A stretch of DNA of 64,000 bases from an uncultured Gammaproteobacteria bacterium (GTDB lineage: Bacteria; Patescibacteriota; Patescibacteriia; Magasanikbacterales; GWA2-37-8), in assembly GCA_964596525.1 (NCBI GenBank), contig CAZQUL010000001.1, positions 1,147,773 through 1,211,772 on the forward strand, given 5' to 3'. Shown here piece after piece: positions 8,391 through 17,756 of the stretch. Positions within the stretch are counted from its first letter, which is position 1, and each line of letters opens with the position of its first letter. The position numbers were made by a program, and so were the translations under genes. The notes below the pieces were generated by a model. It saw only the letters and a list, made by a program, of their open reading frames with translations, was not told the DNA's origin and ran no database searches.

Positions 8391-9749
8391 CTAAATCTCT
8401 ATCGTCTCGCCGTAGGACACGACATGCGCATCGAGCCCTTTTTCTTTGAGCGCGGCGGAAAGGGCCATGGAAGAATTAGGGTCGCCGTGGTTGATGAGGA
8501 TACGACGCGGGTGCGGCTTCGCATCTTCGATCCAGCGCATGATTTTTTGATGATCGGCATGGGCCGAAAACACGCTCAGCGATTTTACTTGGCACCGCAC
8601 CGGAACGCTTTCATTGAGGACAATGACTGGCGATTGGCCCTCCAAAATCTGGCGGCCAAGGGTGCCTTGGGCTTGGTAGCCGACGATGAGAAGCGTGCTC
8701 CTGTCATCCGCGAGATAACGGAGCGCGTGATGAAGAATACGCCCGCCGTTCATCATGCCAGCACCGGCGATGATGACTTTCGCACCGGGTGTGCGGTTGA
8801 TGCGCTTGGATTCTTCACGCGTTGAAGCCATATGGAGGCCGGGAAAATCGAAGACATCGTCACCGTCGGCAATAAGACGTTTGGTGTCTTCATCGTAGTA
8901 CCGCGGGTATTTGCGGTAGACCGCCATAGCTTTTATGGCGAGCGGGCTGTCGAGGAAAATAGGAATCTGCGGCAATTCATGCCGCTCATCGATGATTTCG
9001 TTGAGGTCGTAGAGGATCTCTTGAGTGCGCTCGAGCGAGAACGCAGGTATCATGAGCACGCCGCCACGGCGATGGACATTGAGGATGGCTTCGGTAAGAA
9101 GCGCTTGGCGGGCGGCGCGATTTTCGTGGGCACGACCACCATAGGTGGATTCAACCACCAAAGCTGATAAACCACCGGGCAACGGTTCGGTTTCGCGCAG
9201 AAGAGGGACTTTGGTATTACCAAGATCGCCCGAAAATACCAGTGTTTTACCCTCGGCTGACAGTTTAACCCATGCCGCGCCGAAAATATGACCAGAGTCA
9301 TGGAGTTCAACTGCAATATCTTGATGCGGTCCAAGGTTAAGCAATTCATGGTATTCGAGTGGTTTTACCTGATCTAACACCTGAGCGATATCCGTTTGGG
9401 TGAAAAAGAGCGGTGCCCCGTAAAGCTCGTGGTCGTGAAACATGATGTCATAGGCATCTTCGAGGATAAGACCGATGAGCTCTGCGGTAGCGGGCGTGGC
9501 GTAGATAAGGCCTTGGTAGCCGCTTTTAATGAGGTGCGGAAGGCGACCGACGTGGTCAAGATGGGCATGAGTGATAATAACCGCGGAAATTTCATCAGGT
9601 TTAAACGGAAACGGTTGGCCGTTTCGTTCGTCAACAAACCGTGTACCTTGAAAAAGCCCGCAATCGATAAGAACTTTTGCTGAACTTGTTTCCACTAACG
9701 TGCAGGAACCGGTAACTTCATGGGCAGCTCCGCAAAATGTAAGACGCAT
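8391..9749 (-). CDS. MBL-fold beta-CASP family ribonuclease (RNase J/CPSF-like)
   Basis: HAHLDHVG metallo-beta-lactamase motif plus beta-CASP/RMMBL-like C-terminus; 452 aa. Confidence 0.7.
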   Translation of the reverse strand: MRLTFCGAAHEVTGSCTLVETSSAKVLIDCGLFQGTRFVDERNGQPFPFKPDEISAVIITHAHLDHVGRLPHLIKSGYQGLIYATPATAELIGLILEDAYDIMFHDHELYGAPLFFTQTDIAQVLDQVKPLEYHELLNLGPHQDIAVELHDSGHIFGAAWVKLSAEGKTLVFSGDLGNTKVPLLRETEPLPGGLSALVVESTYGGRAHENRAARQALLTEAILNVHRRGGVLMIPAFSLERTQEILYDLNEIIDERHELPQIPIFLDSPLAIKAMAVYRKYPRYYDEDTKRLIADGDDVFDFPGLHMASTREESKRINRTPGAKVIIAGAGMMNGGRILHHALRYLADDRSTLLIVGYQAQGTLGRQILEGQSPVIVLNESVPVRCQVKSLSVFSAHADHQKIMRWIEDAKPHPRRILINHGDPNSSMALSAALKEKGLDAHVVSYGETIEI

Positions 9750-9839
9750 AGAGGGTGTTTAAGATTATCTAAGTATAGCAAAAAGTGACCTCAGGGACGA
9801 GGGAGTTATCCGCGGATGGATTGACGGGGAGCTCAAATT

Positions 9840-10457
9840 ATGGTACAAGGCCGATTGTACTTGGATAATCTTAAAACCCCGGAGGGACACGTGGAAAGGA
9901 AGAAAAACTTGTATTCTCGCGACATCGCGGGGCGGTACACTGACAGTACAGCTATTGATGAAATCGATGAACACAACGTGATTTCTCTTGACGATTTTCG
10001 GACGCCGCAGAACGATGACGGGCGAACGACCGTTGACAGTGGCCTCATGACGCGTATTGAGGAATTGTACAATGAGAGCGTCTCTTCGCCAGGAATCGGC
10101 ACCAAACGAAGGTCTGGCTTGCGGCCGCTGCGAGAAATCATCAGGGAGGTCCAAGACGAGAACCGCATGGCGATCGAAGCGGCCAAGGCAAACGCAGCCT
10201 CGGAGATGCCATTTCTGCCATCTGAGGCGCTGGAAGAAATCCACCTCCTGCCCGCAGTTGCCCCAAAGGCAGGACCCACCATCCCGATCGAGATCGTAAT
10301 TCCCAAGCGTGTCACACCCTCGCACGCGCCTCTCACCCCGGTTACAGCTCCACCTGCGACCAAACCAGCCAGGGTCACGCGCGCGAGCCTTGCACCTATC
10401 ATCGCCCTGCTCTTCATCCTGATTGCCTGTGCGCTGTTTATGGGCGCCAGCTGCTAG
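9840..10457 (+). CDS. Tail-anchored membrane protein, hypothetical (acidic/Pro-rich with a C-terminal TM)
   Basis: C-terminal hydrophobic helix LAPIIALLFILIACALFMGA; overlapping minus-strand ORFs read as Arg-rich antisense junk. Confidence 0.45.
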   Translation: MVQGRLYLDNLKTPEGHVERKKNLYSRDIAGRYTDSTAIDEIDEHNVISLDDFRTPQNDDGRTTVDSGLMTRIEELYNESVSSPGIGTKRRSGLRPLREIIREVQDENRMAIEAAKANAASEMPFLPSEALEEIHLLPAVAPKAGPTIPIEIVIPKRVTPSHAPLTPVTAPPATKPARVTRASLAPIIALLFILIACALFMGASC

Positions 10458-10577
10458 AAAAAGAGCCCGTTGGTAGCTCTGAGCTACCACGTTTCGTTGA
10501 AAAGTCGAGTCATCGACTTCTGAATGGAACGGTCCGTTCGTTTACACCACCTCGAGCCAGAAGAAAGGACTCGAACC

Positions 10578-11447
10578 ATGAGCACGCGTACATCTCACGT
10601 CGACCAGAGCGCTGTTACTCCAACGACCCCGCTTCCCTTTCCCACTCCCTTGGCGGACGCACATTCGCAGAAAGAAAGGCCGCCAAAGGGTCCAGAAGGG
10701 AGGCATATTGAGGAAACCTCAGCAAACCTTGCAGCGCTGGTTCAGGCAGCGAAAAAGCACGGTGGATCTGACCCGGCCACAGGGGAATTTAAGCACCTAC
10801 CTCCCCTGGTCGCTCAATCGTCACCAGGCAGCGTAGTGATTGAGCGGTTGACGCGGCAGAAGGAAAGCCTTCTGAGGGAGCGGGAAGAACTTTGCGGCGT
10901 GATTGAACGCGAACGAAACGAGCGTGAACGGGTAGAACAGCAAAATCTTGAGCTGCACCACGCTTTGAGCACAGCGCAAGACGGCGCCCTGCAAGCACAC
11001 CTCGTGAGTCAGAAAACGCAGACTCGCTTTCTGATTTTCGTGATCCTGGCTGCTGCAGCACTCGTCATCGGCTTTGCCGGACTCTTCGTGGTGAGCGGCA
11101 TTAATACCCGGCTCCTGGCTCGCTCAAACCCGCCCGCTACACCGACCATTAAGCCCGAAATACCACCGGAGGCCTCTATTTCGTGCGCGCCCGAACCTGC
11201 GTTTCACACCGTACCGAACGCGACGGTCTTTCTAGCAGTGAAGATTGCTGAGGGCGACACTCCCCTGAAGATGGTCGAGCGCTTCGGCTGCACGCGCTTT
11301 AAGGGGATGAAATCGAAGCAAATCGCCGCGCTCATGAAGGAGAACGGTCGCTTCCTGCGCGGCGAATTCGAAGCTGGTGCGACACTCTACGTATCATCCG
11401 AAGACTGCGACGCGGTCATCGGCGGGATCCGTAGTACCACCCCGTGA
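10578..11447 (+). CDS. Membrane-anchored protein with a LysM-like C-terminal domain, hypothetical
   Basis: SD AAAGGA before ATG 10578; coiled coil, one TM (FLIFVILAAAALVIGFAGLFVV), C-terminal VKIAEGDTPLKMVERFG LysM-like motif. Confidence 0.5.
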   Translation: MSTRTSHVDQSAVTPTTPLPFPTPLADAHSQKERPPKGPEGRHIEETSANLAALVQAAKKHGGSDPATGEFKHLPPLVAQSSPGSVVIERLTRQKESLLREREELCGVIERERNERERVEQQNLELHHALSTAQDGALQAHLVSQKTQTRFLIFVILAAAALVIGFAGLFVVSGINTRLLARSNPPATPTIKPEIPPEASISCAPEPAFHTVPNATVFLAVKIAEGDTPLKMVERFGCTRFKGMKSKQIAALMKENGRFLRGEFEAGATLYVSSEDCDAVIGGIRSTTP

Positions 11448-11671
11448 AGTGCCCCTAAGGCCCATCGATACTGAAATCGGGGGCTTTTTTGATTAGAATA
11501 ATCTTAAAAGCCGCATTATTACACAGAATATCTTGACAATGGGCAAAAAAAATGATACAAAAACACGTCGTCGCCTTGCTGATATGAACATGAGGAGCGC
11601 GATCGACGCGAGCGCTCTTTAACCATACACGTGTATTCAAAACCGCTATCTGAACACGGAGGCACATCACC

Positions 11672-12628
11672 ATGAGCGAGACGAATAAGAACCTGATTCC
11701 GGCCACCGGCTTTGAGACACTGCCGACTGAAACGCAAGCCAATACAGAGGCAGACTCTATGGCTAGCCCATCGTCGCAGACCACGCTGCGCGACGTCGAG
11801 CTCATGCTCGAAGTGATCACCCAAGAAGTGGAGTCGCAAAAAACGCCGGAGCAGAACTCCGAGAAAGAAGATTCCCAGAAAACCCCGGCATGGAATGACT
11901 ACGAAGATTACGAAGACTGGGCGCGACGGCAGACCGGCATGAAGGCAGCGGATGAGAAGGACAGCGAGCCGATGATTGAGGACGTGCCGGGATATCTGCC
12001 GCCGGATTCGAGAGAAACACTGTCCATGCAAACGATTCCTCATGTGATCCCGGCGAGCGCCACGACCAAGATTCTCCCGCAGACCACCTCTCGGCTGACG
12101 GGCGAAAAGGCGGCGCTTCTCATGCTGGGTATGGTTTCGGGGGGAGTGCTCTCTCTTGCCGGTTTCACACTCGGTTTCGTGCTCAAGAGCGAGCTCGTGA
12201 AGCGGGCTGAGCTTGCGCAGTGCGGCAGCCCGCCGGCAGCGACGATCGCCGTCCGAGTGGCTACCCCGAACACGCCGACGCCGAGCCCTGCACCCGAGCG
12301 CCCCAAGCTCACGGAAGTCACGCTTCCCGAACTCAAGCTCCCGGCAAAGAACCAGGTGCCGACGAGGGAGCCGGCGCCGCGCGGTTTTTTCCTTCCCCGG
12401 CCGCGACCGCTCTATGTGCGCACCACGTTCACCCTCCCCAAGGCGGGCTGGAGACCGGTCCTCAGCATCGCCAAGAAGTGCGGCGTCAATCCCACGACGC
12501 TCACCTTCCCGCTTATGGACAAGGGGTACAGTCTCGAGTCTGCACCGCCGGCGGGGACGAGGATCACCACGATCTGCGCTACGTCGATCGCCACGCGGCA
12601 TCAGGCGCCAACGCGGATCTACTTCTAG
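11672..12628 (+). CDS. Membrane-anchored protein with a degenerate LysM-like C-terminus; paralog-like of the previous gene
   Basis: SD GGAGG 9 nt upstream; acidic N-terminus, one TM, Pro-rich linker, C-terminus alignable to the previous protein. Confidence 0.5.
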   Translation: MSETNKNLIPATGFETLPTETQANTEADSMASPSSQTTLRDVELMLEVITQEVESQKTPEQNSEKEDSQKTPAWNDYEDYEDWARRQTGMKAADEKDSEPMIEDVPGYLPPDSRETLSMQTIPHVIPASATTKILPQTTSRLTGEKAALLMLGMVSGGVLSLAGFTLGFVLKSELVKRAELAQCGSPPAATIAVRVATPNTPTPSPAPERPKLTEVTLPELKLPAKNQVPTREPAPRGFFLPRPRPLYVRTTFTLPKAGWRPVLSIAKKCGVNPTTLTFPLMDKGYSLESAPPAGTRITTICATSIATRHQAPTRIYF

Positions 12629-12643
12629 ACCAGCTCGTTTTCT

Positions 12644-12687
12644 GAAGCCCGCCTCTTTCCCCTGGGAGAGAAGTCGGGCTTTTTTGT
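12644..12687 (+). terminator. Intrinsic terminator (gaagcccg...cgggc plus T6)
   Basis: GC stem with T-run. Confidence 0.5.
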
Positions 12688-12777
12688 TGGGAGTCGATTC
12701 AAACTCGCCAAAAACCATCCAAAGCCGTATACTATCCCCTGTCTTAACCTTACAGTTCAACCACCTTCTCTACCCCC

Positions 12778-14418
12778 ATGTTACGCCGTTTTAACCCCCG
12801 TTTCGCATCATCACTTACCACTGCCGCCCTGTTTATGGGTGGTGCGACTCTTTTGAGCCGCATCATCGGTTTTGTGCGTACCCGCGCCCTCACGCACACG
12901 TTCGGTAGCAGCTACGTTACCGATGCCTATTATGCCGCCTTCAAATTGCCGGATCTTATCTACAACCTCCTTATCGTTGGTGCTCTTACTACCGCGTTCA
13001 TTCCGGTCTGGAGCGCTCTTTGGCATGAACATGATGATAAAACCACAGCGTGGCGTGCTGCTAGCAATTGTCTTAATATCATTGGCATTATTTTGATTAT
13101 CGCCGCTCTTATCGGCATTGCAGGCGCTGGCCGTCTGGTGCATGTGATTGGATATGGGTTTGACCCGGTAACTCGTGCGCAGACCGTGGAGTTCATGCGG
13201 ATTATGTTTTTGTCGCCGATCATTCTCGGCCTATCTATGGTGATGGGCGGGGTGCTGCAAACCTTGCGGCAATTCGCGCTCTACGCCTTCGCGCCGATCC
13301 TCTACAACATCGGCATTATCATTGGCATTACGGAATTAGTTCCCCTTATGGGCGTGAATGGCTTGGCTTGGGGCGTCGTGCTTGGCGCGCTCGGACATTT
13401 CGGAATCCAATGGTACGGAGCCTATCGCGCCGGTTTTCGCTGGACATACGTGCTTGATTGGCGCGCAGCATATCTTAAGACCATCGGCAAACTGATGATT
13501 CCGCGCACTGTGGGCGTAGCTATGACACAGATAAATATCGTTATAATTACGACTTTAGCCAGTGTCTTGCCTGTCGGCAGTATGACGAATTTTAATTTGG
13601 CAAACGATCTTTCCGCCGTAGGCACAGGTCTTATCGCCATCCCGTTCGCACTGGCCGTATTTCCCCTTCTCACGCGCGAAAGCCAACAAAAAAACTTTCC
13701 GACATTCGGCACACTCGCCGCATCTACGGCGCGACAAATCATCGTGCTCATCATTCCGTTTACCGTCATTTTTTTCATTTTACGCGCGCAAGTAGTACGC
13801 GTTATTTTGGGGAGTGGCGCGTTTGACTGGGATGCAACCGTGCAAACCGCCAATGCGCTCGCGCTTCTTGTGGTAGGGCTCCCGGCCCAGGCGCTTATCC
13901 CGCTTTTGGCCCGTAGTTTTTACGCTATGTACAATACGGCGACACCACTTATCGCTGGTGTAATTAGCGAGGCAGTGACCATCGTTTTGGCACTTGCTGC
14001 ACTCTCGGGATACTTGGGCACACCGCTTCAAAGCATTGAAGGTTTATGCCTCGCGACGGCCATCGGAGCGTGGACAAACGCTGTTCTTTTAACCCTTGCA
14101 CTGCGCCGCACCGTCGGCCCTGTACTCGAAGAGCGCAAGACGATGATCGTTGCAGCGAAAGTTTTAGTTTCGGGCGGGGCAATGGCTCTAGTGTGCCAGC
14201 TCACCAAAGACCCGATCGCGGGTTGGGTGGACATGACACGCTGGTGGGGCGTTTTTGTGCAGGGCTTAGGCGCCGGCCTCGCTGGTTTTGCCACCTACGG
14301 TACACTGGCTTATCTCTTTGAAATCGAAGAATGGCGTACCATCGTCATGAGCTTTAAGCGCCGTCTTTTCCGCGTCGCGCCGGTTACCCCGACGATTGAC
14401 GAAGGAAGCAATGTATGA
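12778..14418 (+). CDS. murJ: Lipid II flippase MurJ/MviN
   Basis: About 14 TM segments, conserved N-terminal RxxGxxR region, 546 aa. Confidence 0.8.
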   Translation: MLRRFNPRFASSLTTAALFMGGATLLSRIIGFVRTRALTHTFGSSYVTDAYYAAFKLPDLIYNLLIVGALTTAFIPVWSALWHEHDDKTTAWRAASNCLNIIGIILIIAALIGIAGAGRLVHVIGYGFDPVTRAQTVEFMRIMFLSPIILGLSMVMGGVLQTLRQFALYAFAPILYNIGIIIGITELVPLMGVNGLAWGVVLGALGHFGIQWYGAYRAGFRWTYVLDWRAAYLKTIGKLMIPRTVGVAMTQINIVIITTLASVLPVGSMTNFNLANDLSAVGTGLIAIPFALAVFPLLTRESQQKNFPTFGTLAASTARQIIVLIIPFTVIFFILRAQVVRVILGSGAFDWDATVQTANALALLVVGLPAQALIPLLARSFYAMYNTATPLIAGVISEAVTIVLALAALSGYLGTPLQSIEGLCLATAIGAWTNAVLLTLALRRTVGPVLEERKTMIVAAKVLVSGGAMALVCQLTKDPIAGWVDMTRWWGVFVQGLGAGLAGFATYGTLAYLFEIEEWRTIVMSFKRRLFRVAPVTPTIDEGSNV

Positions 14419-14427
14419 TGAGATATT

Positions 14428-14510
14428 AGACCTTAGACCCTAGACGTTAGTTTTTCATTTTTTTAAGGTCTGGGGTCTGACTAAGGTCTAAAGTCTGATA
14501 TCTAAGGTCT
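14428..14510. repeat. Imperfect inverted repeat (AGACCTTAGACCCTAGAC versus GGTCTGGGGTCTGACTAAGGTCT) around a T-rich core, followed by repeated TAAGGTCT words just upstream of lepA
   Basis: Read directly; at least three TAAGGTCT/AAAGTCT direct repeats. Confidence 0.5.
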
Positions 14511-14519
14511 TTCTCCTGT

Positions 14520-16331
14520 ATGTCCACCCACCACCTGCGTAATTTCTGCATCATCGCCCATATTGATCACGGCAAATCCACTCTCGCGGATCGGTTTTTG
14601 GAGCTCACCAAAACCGTTTCTGAGCGCGAGATGAAATCACAGCTTCTTGACTCCATGGATCTCGAACGTGAACGCGGCATCACTATCAAGCTGACCCCGG
14701 TCCGCATGCAGTATACGAGTAAAAAAACCGGCGAAAAATTCATTCTCGACCTTATCGACACTCCTGGCCACGTGGACTTTAACTACGAAGTTTCTCGCTC
14801 ACTCGCGGCTGTTGAGGGTGCGATTCTTCTGGTTGACGCTACCCAAGGCGTGCAGGCGCAGACGATCGGCAACTTATACCTGGCACTCGAGCAAAATCTC
14901 ACCATTATTCCCGTCATCAATAAGATCGACATGCCGATTGCCAACGTACCGAAAGCCAAAGAAGAACTGATCCAGCTCATCGGTTGCGCAGAAGAAGACA
15001 TTATTCTCGCATCCGGTAAAACCGGCCAAGGTGTACCGGAAATTCTAGAAGCGATCATCGAGCGTATTCCTCCACCGGCCAACCGCAGCGCCGAACCGTT
15101 GCGCGCACTCATTTTCGATTCGGCCTACAACGAATATAAAGGCGTTGTCACCTCTATCCGCATCGTCGATGGTGAACTTAAAAAAGGTGACAAGCTGTTT
15201 TTACTCGGCACCAAAACGCCGGCCGAAGTCTTGGAAGTCGGCTACTACCGGCCCAAATACGAACCGGCGGAAAAACTACTAAACGGCGAGATCGGTTACG
15301 TGGTCACCGGTCTTAAAGAAGTACGCGACTGTCGCGTTGGCGATACCATCACGCTCAAAAATGCAAATGATCGCTACGGCGAAGCACTCCCCGGCTATAA
15401 AGAAGTGAAACCCATGGTTTTCGCTGGCATCTTCCCCAAAGAAGGTGATGCCTACCAAGAATTGCGCGATGCGATCGATAAACTCAAACTGAGCGACTCG
15501 TCGCTCGTCTACGAACCTGAACATTCAGAAGCTTTAGGTTACGGTTTCCGCTGCGGTTTTTTGGGCATGCTGCACCTTGATATTTTCCAGGAACGCCTGA
15601 AACGCGAGCATAACATCGAGGTTGTCATCACGGTGCCGAGCGTAGCGTATCATGTCTTTAAGACCAACGGCGAGGAAACCTACATCCGGAGCGCGCAAGC
15701 CATGCCGGAACGTTCGTTCATCGAGCACGTTGAAGAGCCGGTCATGACGCTCGACATCATCAGCCCAAAAGACTACGTAGGCGGTATCATGGGCCTCATT
15801 GCTGAGCGCCGCGGTACATACCTCAACACCGAATATTTGTCCACTGGTGCGGATCAGCGAGCGCTTCTCCATTACCGCATCCCACTCGCTTCGCTCATCA
15901 CCGATTTTTACGACAAACTCAAAACCGTCACCTCGGGCTATGCTTCGATGAATTACGAATACTACGGCTACACCAAAACCAATATCGTAAAACTCGACAT
16001 TCTGGTCGCCGAAGAACCGGTTGAAGCGCTTACGACGCTCGTATGGGAAGACGAAGCCTACGCCACCGGCAAAAAAATTGTTGAATCCCTCAAAGAGTCG
16101 CTCCCTCGCCAACAGTTCGAGCTCAAAATCCAGGCCGCGATCGGAGGTAAAATCATCGCCGCCGAACGATTGTCAGCCTTGCGCAAAGACGTTCTAGCCA
16201 AGATGAGCGGCGGTGATTATACGCGCAAGATGAAACTCTTGCAAAAGCAAAAGAAAGGTAAAGCACGCATGAAGAGCCATGGCAAGGTGGACATTCCAGC
16301 TGAAACATATTTGGCGGTGTTGAAGAGATAA
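14520..16331 (+). CDS. lepA: Elongation factor 4 (LepA)
   Basis: GTPase motifs AHIDHGKST and DTPGH, plus the LepA C-terminal domain. Confidence 0.9.
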   Translation: MSTHHLRNFCIIAHIDHGKSTLADRFLELTKTVSEREMKSQLLDSMDLERERGITIKLTPVRMQYTSKKTGEKFILDLIDTPGHVDFNYEVSRSLAAVEGAILLVDATQGVQAQTIGNLYLALEQNLTIIPVINKIDMPIANVPKAKEELIQLIGCAEEDIILASGKTGQGVPEILEAIIERIPPPANRSAEPLRALIFDSAYNEYKGVVTSIRIVDGELKKGDKLFLLGTKTPAEVLEVGYYRPKYEPAEKLLNGEIGYVVTGLKEVRDCRVGDTITLKNANDRYGEALPGYKEVKPMVFAGIFPKEGDAYQELRDAIDKLKLSDSSLVYEPEHSEALGYGFRCGFLGMLHLDIFQERLKREHNIEVVITVPSVAYHVFKTNGEETYIRSAQAMPERSFIEHVEEPVMTLDIISPKDYVGGIMGLIAERRGTYLNTEYLSTGADQRALLHYRIPLASLITDFYDKLKTVTSGYASMNYEYYGYTKTNIVKLDILVAEEPVEALTTLVWEDEAYATGKKIVESLKESLPRQQFELKIQAAIGGKIIAAERLSALRKDVLAKMSGGDYTRKMKLLQKQKKGKARMKSHGKVDIPAETYLAVLKR

Positions 16332-16369
16332 CAAGGGAGAATATCCTGTAGTTTAAGAATAAGAAATAG

Positions 16370-16403
16370 AAAAAGCGCTGGTACCTAGTACCGGCGCTTT
16401 GTT
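16370..16403. terminator. Bidirectional terminator between lepA and the convergent gene
   Basis: agcgctggtac-ctag-taccggcgct hairpin flanked by A/T runs. Confidence 0.55.
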
Positions 16404-16438
16404 ATATAAGAGGCGCGAACTGCCCGCCTAGACCGGGC

Positions 16439-16804
16439 CTAGACCGGAAGGAACATGCGCAGCTCGTAAACCGAGGTGCCGTCGCGGCGGAGCTCATAGA
16501 TCTTGAGGTTGAGCTTGTCGTCGCGACCCTTGAGGTCATCGATGATGGCGGCGGCAAGCGTCCCTTCGTGGGGCGCAAAGAGCGGCGCACCCAGGCCGAC
16601 GTTCATCACCTCGTTCGGCGAGAGCTCGGCGACGAGGATCGTGGCCTGCATCGCTTGGCGCGCCTGGGTGACAAGCTCCGGCAGCCGCGCAAGGAAATCA
16701 TCGACCTTCGCCGCGGCGTGGCGCTGGACCTTGTCCCCGTCTACGACCTGGCTCGCGGGAGCGTTCGCGGCATCAATCTGACGCACCTTATCCAGAACTG
16801 ACAT
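16439..16804 (-). CDS. Hypothetical protein (121 aa; possibly roadblock/LC7-like)
   Basis: Start set at M20, which has AAGGAG 6 nt upstream. Confidence 0.45.
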   Translation of the reverse strand: MSVLDKVRQIDAANAPASQVVDGDKVQRHAAAKVDDFLARLPELVTQARQAMQATILVAELSPNEVMNVGLGAPLFAPHEGTLAAAIIDDLKGRDDKLNLKIYELRRDGTSVYELRMFLPV

Positions 16805-17132
16805 GAGCATCTCCTTATGGATGGTGGTAACGCTTGACCCAAAACAGACCAAGACAGACAATATTAACTTATTTTTCTAATTGTGTCAACTATACAAAAT
16901 AGAAAAGGACCACATGAACTCTAAAAACCCTGAAAATTGAGATAAAATGCAATCAACCTTGCCTTAACCCTCATTTAATAGTAATCTACGATCACCGAAT
17001 AAACTTCTACACACCCACACATTCCGATTACTATGCAACGTTTCTCTACCGCAAAAATCATTTGGATCGGCATTTCCGTTCTCGCCATTATTTCAATGAT
17101 CGCTGTTTCCATCATGCCCGCTTTTTATTAAC

Positions 17133-17160
17133 TAAAAAGTCCAAGAACGTGCCTTGGACG
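17133..17160 (-). terminator. Intrinsic terminator of the 17175-17648 gene
   Basis: gtccaag-N7-cttggac hairpin with a U-run on the minus strand. Confidence 0.5.
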
Positions 17161-17174
17161 GTGAGGACTAAAAA

Positions 17175-17648
17175 TCAGAAGGTGAAGTGATCTGTGCTAA
17201 GCCAACTAGCCACCATCTCGTTGGCCAAGCTCTCTTCGTTTGGCCCCCAAACAGAGATGGAATAGCCTGCATAGCGAAGTTCATCCATGATTCCGCTCGT
17301 CTCGAGCTGTGAGCGAAATGAGGGCGCAGCACCCATCGGCGAAAGAAGATACAGCCCTTTGAGGAGCATAATGTCGTCTTTGAGCGGTCCGACGATGTAC
17401 TGCGCACACCAGGCCAAGAAGGTAACACTGCCGGTAATTGCCACGAGAAGCAAGTCGGGAAAAACTGATTCGCTGATAGCAGCTATGAGAAGAAGCGCTG
17501 TTGTGCAGCAGCCAATGATCGTGGTACGCCGTAGGAAACGCTGCCAATCCAGAGCGCTCCGCACCCGACCGACAACGAGTGAAAGCCCCCGCTCGCGTCC
17601 ACGATCCTTAAGGTAATTTTCAACACTGTTTAGAGTTGCAGAAGACAT
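17175..17648 (-). CDS. Membrane protein, bPH_2/YdbS-like topology (2 TM plus a soluble domain), hypothetical
   Basis: Start at M14 with AAGGAGG 7 nt upstream; two hydrophobic helices. Confidence 0.5.
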   Translation of the reverse strand: MSSATLNSVENYLKDRGRERGLSLVVGRVRSALDWQRFLRRTTIIGCCTTALLLIAAISESVFPDLLLVAITGSVTFLAWCAQYIVGPLKDDIMLLKGLYLLSPMGAAPSFRSQLETSGIMDELRYAGYSISVWGPNEESLANEMVASWLSTDHFTF

Positions 17649-17756
17649 CGTAGCACCTCCTTTGTTGGGACTCTGTTCTTGTATCACTGCCGTTTTTATA
17701 CGTCAACCTGCCGTAGCGTGTTCGGATCGACCCTACCTGTCATTTTTTCAGCGTCT

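Noticed and set aside
11519-12760. 413-aa minus-strand ORF, and other long ORFs at 12213-12794 and 12220-12645
   Set aside because: Extremely Arg/Gly-rich, the typical antisense reading of a GC-rich gene. The + strand ORF has a TM helix, an SD and structured domains.
14428-14510. Possible CRISPR array (short AGGTCT repeats)
   Set aside because: Repeats are 6-8 nt, irregularly spaced, with no spacer structure and no cas genes nearby. Treated as a regulatory or terminator repeat instead.
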